Source: Macrostomum lignano
Lineage: Eukaryota
Length of the DNA: 64,000 bases
Assembly: GCA_002269645.1 (NCBI GenBank)
Contig: NIVC01000188.1
Span: 62,001 to 126,000 of the forward strand
Direction of reading: 5' to 3'
Shown here: in pieces, positions 1 through 10,869 of the stretch
How positions within the stretch are numbered: position 1 is the first letter of the stretch
How the letters are laid out: every line of letters starts with the position of its first letter
Notes under the pieces: model-generated
Seen by the model: the letters and a program-made list of their open reading frames with translations, nothing else
Told to the model about the DNA's origin: nothing
The model's database searches: none
Position numbers and translations under genes: made by a program

Positions 1-699
1 TCTTTTGGTAATTTATGCATTCGCAGCGGATTTTTCTTTCTTGGATGTTAATAGCACTAGTACAAAGTTCATGCAAGTGGGAGCACAACAGTGGTTCAAA
101 TCAAAACATTACTCGAGTACGAGATTAGATAGAAAAGCTAGTATGCACTTGAACTTTCTTTAACTCTGACTCTTGTCCTGTTTATCTAAATAAGCTTGTA
201 TTTAAGCACGATTCGCCACCCCCAAATTTTCTAAACCACAACCTCTCAACCCCCACCCCTAACCCAGGCTAGCTATGTGCAGTCCTTTATTTTCTATCCC
301 ACCACAAGTGGGCGTAAATTATTGATCCACTCACCCTGCCTTATACAAAACTGATATTAACCCTATTCCAGACTACCCCCTTCCTCCACTTTGAAAGATA
401 GCGGCATTGTACACTGTCTGTCGCGTCTTAATGTACACCATTATTGCACAAAACAAGTTAGTTGTTTATGGCGTTAGCAAAATGATGTCTTAAAAACAGT
501 CACTCAATTTGTCTAATTTAGCAAATAATAATACTGTTGCTTCCTTTCATTGCTACTAAGCAGAAAGTAGAATAAAAATCTTGCCCAGAAAATTAGCCTG
601 AGTGGCCTATCTAGTGTTTATAGTATCTGTGGTTTAACCTATACAGATCTATAGCATAAACATCATATATACTTTGAGTTGTTGATGCATAAAAGGTGA

Positions 700-1340
700 C
701 TATAATGAAAGATTATTCTGAGAAAGTATAAAGTAGAATTATAATTGCAAATGAAAAGAAACAATACAGCCCTTACATATGCACCATTCTCACATGTTTT
801 GGGTGAGGTACATCAATCATAGTTTTCCAACAATTATGATATGACTCCTTGCTGTTTGTCCAATCTTTGCTCCTTGCCATAGAAATCGGAAAGCTCATAT
901 AGCATTATAGAGAGGCATAGAATAAGCCAGATGTAGCTTTAAACCTCAATGTTGCAGCAGAAATGACTTTGTAGGCCCACTTTTTAAACTTAAAAAGGAT
1001 AGCCTACATGAAATGAAACCAATAGCCATGAGCTTTAGAGTAAGGGAAGGCCTCAATGAATGAGTCATATAGAGCTAACTCAAAATCATTCATTAGATTA
1101 GCAGGTTAGAATTTTAAACATAATTTTTTAGCTTTGCTATACCAGCTTGTAGACTGCCTTATTCTTGCCAATCAAGAGTGCAAGAAAGCAGGGAAGGAAC
1201 ATCCCTTCTTTGAAACTCCCACTGTTAACATCTAATAAAAAGTTAGAAAAACATGAAATGTTCCATCAGCAAAAACTTTGTTGGCACTATTGACCTCCTT
1301 TAGTAGGTCAGAATGAGCTAAAAATAGCTGCTTCTTCATT
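700..1340 (-). mobile_element. Decayed MULE/Mutator transposase fragment (catalytic region)
   Basis: Minus-strand translation with stops and frameshifts gives LLKEVNSANKVFADGTFHV ... FLPCFLALLIGKNKAVY ... MNDFELALYDSFIEAFPYSKAHGYWFHFM*AI, matching the MULE DGTF, DFE and GCxFH motifs. Confidence 0.8.
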
Positions 1341-1999
1341 TTTCTACAACTAAAACCAATATATAGTTGTGGTATTAGTAGTTATATTAGCATATAATGT
1401 TTTTAATAATTGTAATATAGTTGAGTTTGTATTAAAAAAGCAATTAAACATTATATATGGTAAAAACTATAAAATTTACTAGACAATATAGGCATTAATT
1501 ACATAGGAAATTTTAAACTTTCTCTTATTACAATTTAATAGAATTATTGAATTGTGGGGTTGCTTTATGATTGTATAGTGCATCTATCTATGACATAGCA
1601 AGCTATTGTCATTGTTTTTTAAGCATATTATATGTTCTCCTCATTATATACATTGTAAACTTTAGTGTACTATAGGTTATTATTTGAAGTATCCACATTA
1701 AACTATTAATATAGCTATCAAACTTAGTGAATGAAAGAAAGTTTATTTCTGAATTATGAGTATATTATAATATAGGTAGGTTTCAGCCAAGGTTGGGCTG
1801 ACCTTGCTCATTTTAAGCTTTATTGACCTTTTACCATTTATTGTCATGACACTTTTTCACTGCCTTGAACTTGCTTCTTGCTTACTAGTTGATGGTTCAC
1901 ATTGTATTTTTTGCTTGTGATCATCACCTTTGTCTGGAGCATTTTTTAGAGCTGTGACAATGGCTAAATAAATTATATCATCATTGACATTGGCACTCT

Positions 2000-2450
2000 T
2001 GAACTGCATCTCAATTGCTGTTTTAACTATAGAAAAAATGGTTTGAATACTTCATTTCTATTTGAACCTGTGCTGTTATAGTGGGCTTATATGCCATTTG
2101 TCATTAGTGTATATATAATCCTTACAAATGCTGGGCATAGCTCTTTTCCTCCAAGGAGTGAGAAATGATGCACAACTTTGCTTTATAATCAAGGTCATTA
2201 GCGTTTAGTAGAATCTTATTTGCTTCTTGAATAGATGATACTGGTAAGAATATAAAGGAATGGTAAGGTTTGACAAAATTAAAAGTTAGGAGAAAGTTTT
2301 TTGGTTTAGGATATCAGATCTAGTAGATAGAAACTTAACTAGGGATTGTATATTTGGTCCATATTTATTTATATTACTATATGGCATATTACCAGAAAAT
2401 TCTGGAAACTTCATTTGTTAAAATAAAGTTGAATGTGTTAAATGCTTATA
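2000..2450 (-). mobile_element. Second decayed MULE transposase fragment (C-terminal half)
   Basis: Minus-strand translation FIFLPVSSIQEANKIL ... TNGI*AHYNS ... FKPFFL*LKQQ resembles the MULE LAFLP and RTNNxxExxH motifs. It lies upstream of the catalytic fragment, so it is a separate or rearranged copy. Confidence 0.55.
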
Positions 2451-4204
2451 TATAAAGCTACCATGCAAAGGCAGTAATAAAATTGAAAAACATAAATTCT
2501 ATATTTAGGATTTAGAAGTAAAATTAACATTTAATTGAATTAAGGAAATTTCTAGAATAAGTTTTAAGATTGTGAGGTGGGGGCAGAGAAGAAAAGAATT
2601 TGTAAAGGTGGGCGGGTTTCTAATGTTTGAATTGTCGCCTGTGTTGTCTCGGCACTTGTAAAGCTAGAAAATTTCAAGAACTGATTCTTATTGCTTCTTG
2701 TTTGATACTCTGTCTGATGGGGTCCTCAATTCTGGGGGGAGGGTAGTTGTAATTTGCAGTCGAGCAGTCTTTTAATGGCACAGTCATTCAATTGGGTCCT
2801 TAGACACTGTAAAATTCATACTCTGTTGATATGCTCAGTTTGTTACTATCAGTAGTAGAGTAGCACTGCCACCACTATAATTTTGTATTATAGAATGTTA
2901 AGGGTCTCAGTGCTTTCTTTAAGATAAGACTAATTGATTGTTTTATGCCTTGTGGGCAAATAACTCAATAGAAAACTAAGGGCTTTGAATAAGAATGAAT
3001 GAAGAAATAATTATTAAATTGGTTAAATTTTATTATGTTGATAAACTGGATAATGGTATACTGCAAGAGTTACTAAATTATTACTTTGTGGCGGACTTGA
3101 TGGAGAACAATTCGGCAATGCTGAGAGCAAACAATAGGGTGACTAAAATAAAATCAGACGCTAGCAGTGCTTTAATTGAAGAATAAACAAACAAAGTAGT
3201 TAAGCACAAGATAGAGCACAAGCTTACTAGAACACAAGAAAACAAACTAAAATGGAATGCAACACAACCAAGGAACAGAATGAGAGCAAAATTGGTTACA
3301 CAGACATAAAAATAGTATTGGGCATGACTAATCCCAGAGGGTGGGGCACCAAAAGGAACAGTGAAAGGGGCACCCAAAGGAAAAGGGAAAAAGCTGGCTG
3401 TGGGACACAGTAAAACAAAATGGACAAGGTATGGGGCAGCAAATGGAGCAAACAGGGAACTACAGATGGGACAGCCGGGGGAACAGACAAGGGATCAACA
3501 GATGAAAATTAATGACGTCAATCATTCATCAGGTGGAGAGTTGCCTTGTTTGCATCAACGACCACTGTCATCCTCCGAGTGGTAGACCGGCCTACCACAA
3601 TTGCACCAAAAAATTTTTGGAAGATTCTAAAAATATGTCTAGCATACATGTAATTTCTAAATTTTATTATGCATTGTGTCACAGAATCATCCTTATTAGG
3701 TATATTGTTACTAGACTGCTAAGGCCTTCTATGGCTACAAGCCTGACATAAAAACCTGGTAATTAGGAAGTAAAGCTAACAATGGTAATCTTTGTTCGAC
3801 TGTTGCTCTTCCAAATTGTTAATATTGTTAAATGATCCATCAACTGATTGAACTTCTTGCTTCTTAGTTTTTAGATCACTAAGCTCTTTTGTCTGAACTT
3901 GTCTTACTACTATATCTAGGAAAAACACTTAAGGGGGGAATTATATTCTGCTGTTAAGTAGCAAATCTTGACACTTTGAAAATAAGCTGCTGAGTAGACA
4001 CTTGAATGGTTCTTTTGATTTTAATTCAAAAGTCCAAAGTAGCTTTCAAATGGTCTTGAATACTTTTTTAGAAAGCTGTACATAATAAGCTTTGACTTTT
4101 GTTGTATCCCAATTTATATTTAAAGAAATTTGAATGAAATGGTTCAATGGTAGATTTTTCATCTGTTGGACTTAAAGGCTCTTGAAAATTAATCCCCCAC
4201 TTGG

Positions 4205-4430
4205 GCCGGGCCAAATAAATGGCTCCGCCAATAGGAAAGCAAGATCATTTATCTTGCCCGGCCAAATAAATGGCTAAACCAATAGAAAAGAGCCATTCAT
4301 TTATCTGGCCTGGCCAAATAAATGGCTAAACCAATAGAAAAGAGCCATTCATTTATCTGGCCTGGCCAAATAAATGGCTAAACCAATAGAAAAGAGCCAT
4401 TCATTTATCTGGCTGGGCCAGATAAATGAC
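4205..4430. repeat. 52-bp tandem repeat (~4 copies) built of inverted repeats, ending in a perfect 13-bp-arm palindrome
   Basis: Unit ggccaaataaatggctaaaccaatagaaaagagccattcatttatctggcct, with starts at 4261, 4313 and 4365. Terminal tcatttatctggc-tgg-gccagataaatga at 4401-4429. Confidence 0.9.
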
Positions 4431-4600
4431 ACAACTTTTGACATAGACCTGTATTTTGAGTTAAAAATGAACAAGCAGCAAACGATGGAACAAGCAATGT
4501 TTTGAACAAAAACGGAGATTAAGTCTAATTAGATGTCATTGAAATGTATATAAACGCTTATTGTTGTAAAACAAAGTTAATTAAATTAATTAATTAATGA

Positions 4601-4910
4601 TCAATCAAAGTGGATGCTGATTCTGTTAGTCTCACCACAAATTTCTAGTCGCATCTTCTTTTTGGGGGTCGCAGTGTCAACAGCAGACATTGAGATGGCA
4701 TCCGGCGGAGCTGTAGGTGCAGGTGTTGTTGTCGCTACTCCAGACGTCATCCTGAGCGTCTCGCTGATCATTCTCTGTTGGTTTACGGACACTCCAATGT
4801 ACTTCTCCACGGCGGTGCTGCTATGCCCCTGTTACACGGCATATATCGTTGTATGCATTAGTCAGCTTATACTAGTGATACCTTGTACTTAAATTCCTTC
4901 TAAGAATGCC
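4601..4910 (-). mobile_element. Crypton-like tyrosine recombinase C-terminal fragment (frameshifted)
   Basis: With one +1 frameshift (aca gggg cat) it reads DICRVTGHSSTAVEKYIGVSVNQQRMISETL, the YR box II pattern I-x3-TGH-x-S-x5-Y followed by QQRxxS. A degenerate HS*K lies upstream. Confidence 0.55.
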
Positions 4911-5029
4911 ATATTATCAGGTCATTTTGGTGCTGCAGTAACGTCAGATTGTCACAGCACAGAGATAGCAGACAACACAGGTAGCTCTGCACAGACCAGG
5001 TTGAGTGCAAGTGTGACAGAAGGGGAGCG

Positions 5030-5770
5030 AATCCAGAAAATAGAAGCTTTAACCATAGACAAGATCATTGACACTAGCAGCTGGTGCCAACAATTTCCTG
5101 TTGAGTTCTAAGCTCTAAAGCAGGGTTTGCAAACTCTGGCCTGGAGACCACTTTCTTTCTCTTCTCTCTATCCCCTCTTCTCATTCCTCACTCCTCTCTC
5201 CTCTCTCCTCTCTTCTCTCTTCCTTCTTTTCTCATTTCTTCTCTTCCTCTCTCCCCTCTCCCATCTCCCCCAACTTCTTTACCACTTCTCCTTTCTCCAC
5301 TCTTCTCTCCTTTTTTCTTCTATCTTTTCTTTCATCCATCTCTCATCTCTCATCTTCTATTACCTCTACTTTCCACTCTCATCAGAAACACAACCATAAG
5401 CTGTATTGTCATCTGGCCCTTGAGGAAAAAAAGTTTGCTAATCCCTGCTCTAGAGCCGCTGGAAATATCTCTTCAGTTAAAAGTGGGTGCACCAACTATG
5501 CTACTTCACAACTTAAATGCCCCAAAGCTAATTGGCACCAGGCTAATCATCAAGCAATCATCAACTAATCTGAGGCAAAAATCACAGAATCTGGAAAAGG
5601 GCACTCTGTGTTCATGCAAAGTGTATGTATTTATAATTATTTCATTGAACTTGCCTTATTGTTCAAGCAAGTACAGTTTCCAGTGCATGTTTGCTATTCC
5701 ATGACTAAAAAAAGCCCAAGGACAGTCGCAAAATTTGTATATAATCAACTTATCAACTTGGATATATTCA
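5030..5770 (+). mobile_element. Helitron PIF1-helicase relic interrupted by a CT-rich tract (5150-5385)
   Basis: LTIDKIID...QQFPVEF*, LEPLEISLQLKVGAPTMLLHNLNAPKLIGTRLII, and QFPVHVCYSMT..(frameshift)AQGQS match the Helitron helicase C-terminal motifs LKVGxPIMLLRNL, NGTRL and QFPVxxxFAxTINKxQGQS. Confidence 0.85.
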
Positions 5771-6029
5771 AAATATATATGGTGTAAATACTTTAAAAAG
5801 ACCTATTTTTATTTACAAATTAGGCTGTTTAACATTTTAGGGATCTCAGTAAAAGCAATAATAGCTAGGATTTTTATCCTAAATCGACATTGTTTTAATC
5901 CCATTTAAAATTGGACTTTATCTTAACTAAAACTATACTACAACTAGAGGCTATAATAATCATAAGTTGCATATTATAGTAAATTAACAATTACTTTTTT
6001 ACTAATAAAAAATGTTTCAATTTTTTTAG

Positions 6030-8114
6030 AATGTACCGAACGAAAACAGCAGTGGGGAATAAAGTTTGAGAATGAAAAGAAACGTGCGACTGATCTGCAA
6101 ACAGGTGAAATTGTATTTTTTAACCTTGCATGTGTACTGTATTGTTTGTGTATCAGTGACCATGAATATGTATAAATATATCACCTACAACAACAAATTG
6201 ATTATGCAGGCCTTATATACATTTAGACTCTTAGAATCCCAGTCGCTGGATATTCAAAATCCTAGAAAGAGCCATTTCCTAGATATTTAGATTCTTAGAA
6301 AGCCCAAGTTTCTAGAGATTCAGATTCTTAGAAAGTCCCAGTCCCTAGATATTCAGATTCTTAGAAAGCCCCAGTCCCTAGGTATTCAGATTCTTAGAAA
6401 GCCCCAGTCCCTAGGTATTCAGATTCTTAGAAAGCCCCAGTCCCTAGATATTCAGATTCTTAGAAAGTCCCAGTCCCATGATATTCAGATTCTTAGAAAG
6501 CCCCAGTCCCTAGATATTCAGATTCTTAGAAAGTCCCACTCTTTTAATATTTAGATTATTATAAAAGTCCTAGTCCCTAGATATTCAGATTCTTAGAAAG
6601 CCCCAGTCCCTAGGTATTCAGATTCTTAGAAAGCCCCAGTCCCTAGATATTCAGATTCTTAGAAAGTCCCAGTCCCATGATATTCAGATTCTTAGAAAGC
6701 CCCAGTCCCTAGATATTCAGATTCTTAGAAAGTCCCACTCTTTTAATATTTAGATTATTATAAAAGTCCTAGTTCCTAGATATTCAGATTTCTAGAAAGT
6801 CCCAGTCCCTAGAAATTTAGATTCCTAAAAAGTCCTAGCCCCTAGATATTTGGATTCCTAGAAAGTCCCAGTCCCTAGATATTTACATTCTTAGAAAGCC
6901 TCATTCCCTAGATATTTAGTTTCTTAGAAGAAAGCCCCATTCCCTAGATATTCGGATTCTTAGAAAGCGATATTCCGTAGATATTTGGATTCCTAGAAAG
7001 TCCCAGTCCCTAGATATTTGGATTCCTAGAAAGTCCTAGCCCCTAGATATTTAGATTCCTAGAAAGTCCCAGTCCGTAAATATTGAGATTCCTAGAAATC
7101 CCAGTCCCTAGATATTTACATTCTTAGAAATCCTCAGGGTCCCTAGATATTTAGATTCTTAGAAAGTCCTAGTCCCTAGATATTCGGATTCTTAGAAAGC
7201 CATATTCCGTAGATATTTGGATTTCTAGGAAGTCCCAGTCCCTAGATATTTGGATTCCTAGAAAGTCCTAGTCCCTAGATATTCGGATTCTTAGAAAGCC
7301 ATATTCCCTAGATTTTTGGATTCCTAGAAAGTCCTAGTCCCTAGATATTTACATTCTTAGAAAGCTTCAGTCCCTAGATATTCAGATTGCTAACTTGAAC
7401 AGTAGATAGTTAATAGGTAAATTATCATTTATCAAATTTTCAGCGCTAGACGCATCCCGTTCGGCCGCTAAAAAGTCTCTATCGGACTCCAGCGATCAAG
7501 TACGCCAGTCCAATGAACGAGTAGTAGATTTGGAGAGCCAAGTTAAACAGCTGACTGAGCTGAGAACTGGCCTAGAGCGAGAGAATAACGAATTAAAGAA
7601 AAGACAACAGGAACGAGTGGCTTATGAAAGCGACGCACTGGTGCTTCTGCACAAACAATTTGAAAGAGCTCTAGCTAGCGAGAAATTGCTGCAGAAACGA
7701 ATTGATGCTCTAGAAGCAATGTCAAAAACCATTAGTCCTGCTAATATTACTACTAAGTTATTGTTGGTTAATGCTACTCAGCCTTCAACGGTTAATATTG
7801 TTGCAAATCAAACAACTCGAACGGGCGTTAATAATACTACTGAAAATTTGAATAATATGACATTGTCGACGACTAATTCAAAGTTCAAACAATCAACTGT
7901 ATCTGGTACAAGAGCTGTTCATAGTGTCGGAGCTTCGAATATCGAGTCTTCTTCAACAATGGTACTGCGACCGCTCCCGCCTAGGAGAAAGAAAAAACAT
8001 GAAAATGTGCTGTTGGATAAGCCGGTTGAGAATGTTGCTATTGGCAACCAGCGAGGCAGAGATGAGTCAGAATCTGCTGTGGCTGCTAATGAGGAAGGCA
8101 GGGCTTTAATTTAA
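6030..8114 (+). CDS. Coiled-coil protein, last two coding exons (6030-6104, 7444-8114); 5' part not identified
   Basis: ttttag|AATGT...ACAG|gtgaaa and ttttcag|CGCTAG splice in phase to give ECTERKQQWGIKFENEKKRATDLQTALDASRSAAKK...LESQVKQLTELRTGLERENNELKK (heptads), then a low-complexity tail. Stop at 8112-8114. Confidence 0.7.
6215..7390 (+). repeat. 32-bp intronic minisatellite
   Basis: Unit agtccctagatattcagattcttagaaagccc, about 35 copies, with a higher-order duplication. Confidence 0.95.
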
Positions 8115-8224
8115 ACAGTGATACGAGCGTATTACTGATTGACTGACTTTTACTAGTGGGTTTTTTACAAGCTCATCTTTAGATATGCCTCTTCTAATTA
8201 ATTTTTTAGGTAATATTCTAACTG

Positions 8225-8697
8225 ACTTAGATTAGATATCATGATGGGCATTCAGAGTGACCTAAATTAGATATCATGATGGGCATTCAGAGTGACCTAA
8301 ATTAGATATCATGATGGGCATTCAGAGTGACCTAAATTAGATATATTGATGGGCATTCAGAGTGACCTAAATTAGATATCATAATGGGCATTCAGAGTGA
8401 CCTAAATTAGATATCATGATGGGCATTCAGAGTGACCTAAATTAGATATCATGATAGGCATTCAGAGTGACCTAAATTAGATATCATGATGGGCATTCAG
8501 AGTGACCTAAATTAGATATCATAATGGGTACTCAGAGTGACCTAAATTAGATATCATAATGGGTATTCAGAGTGACCTAAATTAGATATCATAATAGGTA
8601 CTCAGAGTGACCTAAATTAGATATCATAATAGGTACTCAGAGTGACCTAAATTAGATATCATAATGGGTATTCAGAGTGACCTAAATTAGATATCCC
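8225..8697 (+). repeat. 35-bp minisatellite (~13 copies) downstream of the coiled-coil stop
   Basis: Unit taaattagatatcatgatgggcattcagagtgacc. Confidence 0.95.
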
Positions 8698-9621
8698 AAG
8701 TTGATGATTATATTAATATTTCATATTTGTAAAATGTAGCTCATGGAGAGATTTATATGCATGATTAATGAAACACGGCACTGTTGGTTTTAATTCGCAC
8801 ATTTTGTTTTAAACGTTTTTCGCCAATTTCTCAATCAGCTATGAATACAGAAAGTTTTATTTAATCTATATGCAACTGAATGGTTTTAATCAGGGTACAA
8901 TGTGTTTCCTTGTCAAGCCTTATTGCGACCTTACTGAATTCGTCACAAATACAAGAAATCTGCGTTTTCTTTAGTTGAAATTTATTTCATTCACTCTGCT
9001 GTCACCAATTCTGAAATTTCCAACTAATGTCCGCTGTGTTGAGACTGTATTTTTAATTACATGCGGTAAGTTGTGGCCACAAATTATTGTTTTGTTCCCT
9101 TGTATTTTTCCTTACTTGCAGGTTTGGGTTGTAAGAAAGAAGTTTTGGTATAAATTTTGCCCATTCAAGATTCAATTGCGTGTTAAATAATATTTCATGT
9201 ACCAACTTTTCTATATAGAATGACTATACTGCATATACTACTGAGTTGATTTTCTATCTATTCAGTAGCAATAAACGCGTAGTATATAGTGCGTTAGTTT
9301 CTTTATTTGATAAGGTTTTTTTCTCTTTTGCCTAAATTGGTTCAGAGAATTTAAATAAGACAAGTTTATTGTACATGCTTTTTTAATTTTATTGTAAGAC
9401 TGCATTCGCTAGCTTGTCAACCCTTTAACAGTTAGGTAATGTACTCAAAATTAATATTGTGGGAAAGTTAAGTTGGAAAAATGGAAGGCCAAGCAGACCG
9501 GCACTTCGTTTCTTAGAGAAAATACAAGAGTACCATACTATCCAAATATAGGTACTTTTTATTTTTCGGTACAAGAAGTTTTTGTAGTGATGGTTTTTTA
9601 TTGGATGCATTTTTTTACGAG

Positions 9622-9895
9622 GCATCTTCTGTATATTATAAATGCTCCGGTCCGCAAAACCTCTTCGGCCTTCGGGTCCTTTGAAACTTCACAATAGCAA
9701 TCTAGCCTGCTCAAGGTTTGTGTCTCTTCTCAGCTCTCCTCTCATCTCTCCTTTTCTCTTCTCTCCTTTCTCGTACCCTCTTCTTTCCTCTCCCATCTCT
9801 CCTCCCTCCTCTCCTTTACTCTCCTCTTTTCTCTCATTTATTTCCTTGCCTTCCTTTTTTGCCCCAGGCCCGTAGCAACGCCGGGTTCTCTATTT
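9622..9895 (+). mobile_element. Putative non-autonomous Helitron with an internal CT microsatellite
   Basis: Starts atcttctgtatattataaatg, has a CT-rich core (9725-9860), and ends in the hairpin gcccgtagcaacgccgggt typical of Helitron 3' ends. The 5' end resembles the element at 34222. Confidence 0.5.
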
Positions 9896-10389
9896 GGCCA
9901 TTGCGGTAAAAAGTTTGCCAAGCCCCGTGGTCTAAGAATTCAATTAAAAAGCTTAGCTAGCTAAAAAACTAGCTTTGGCAAATAAAGATTTTTTTTCTAA
10001 CCAGCCTTCATCAAGTTTCTTAGAAACAAAATTTGTGTCGCCTCTTTCCTGTAAGTCGTAAATTGCAGCAAAACGTCCTGCAGAAGCAGGGGACGGACGG
10101 TCGCTATATAGATGAAGTAAACAGGAAATGCGCGCTTCCATTACTGGTTAAATGCAATCCGCAGTTAAAAAAATTACATCTAGCACCGTGTGCAGCGATT
10201 TGAAATTGTACTACGAGCGTAGTTTCACTTGCAGCCTGCATGATGCACTCAGTAGCTAAAGCCATGTGTGCTACTGCATGGGTTGCATGAACACTGCAGT
10301 GTGTTTAGTGAATAAATACTGCAGTGTATATTTGCGACATTGCAACTCTGTAGAATCTGTAGCCACCTTTACAATTCGAGGTTTCAATC

Positions 10390-10869
10390 ATGCACCCTAG
10401 GCTTAGATTGCATCAGCTGCTCAACATTTCGAACTCAATCGTTTATCAATCAAGCACCCGTCAGCCAGCAAAAAGTACAATTAGCAATCGATTGGTTGAA
10501 CTGCTAGAATCAGCGCGATCAGTCCCGAGACACTCTGCAGCAATCACTGTCAGTCCAGAGTCCTTGACTCCTAGCAAAATTTCCGATCATAAAGGAGCCA
10601 TGCTATTCGTGGTTGCCGTGGTTACAGTGTACGCCATGGCCATATTCTTCATGATCTTGTCGCATGTCGGACACCGGGCAGCAAAGCACGACCTGGACAG
10701 AGAGATCGTGGCCTACCTGCGCCAGGCTCCAATTATTAAACTCGAAGAGGAGCTGGCTGAGCGTAGACGAACCTGCATGCTGGTTGCTATGCAGTCGAGC
10801 TTCGAACTTCGAAGTCTAGCTTTACCCGAACGATCGCGGGAAGGTGAACTGCCTGACTCGAGTGTGTAA
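10390..10869 (+). CDS. Intronless 159-aa single-pass membrane protein (KCNE/MiRP-like layout)
   Basis: ATG-to-TAA ORF with coding-like GC content, one hydrophobic helix AMLFVVAVVTVYAMAIFFMIL, an N-terminal NIS sequon, and juxtamembrane SHVGHRAAKHDLDREIVAYLR. Confidence 0.7.
   Translation: MHPRLRLHQLLNISNSIVYQSSTRQPAKSTISNRLVELLESARSVPRHSAAITVSPESLTPSKISDHKGAMLFVVAVVTVYAMAIFFMILSHVGHRAAKHDLDREIVAYLRQAPIIKLEEELAERRRTCMLVAMQSSFELRSLALPERSREGELPDSSV

Noticed and set aside
2640-4200. Short ORFs and coding-like fragments between the MULE and Crypton relics
   Set aside because: Riddled with stops, and no motif I could assign. Probably further decayed transposon sequence.
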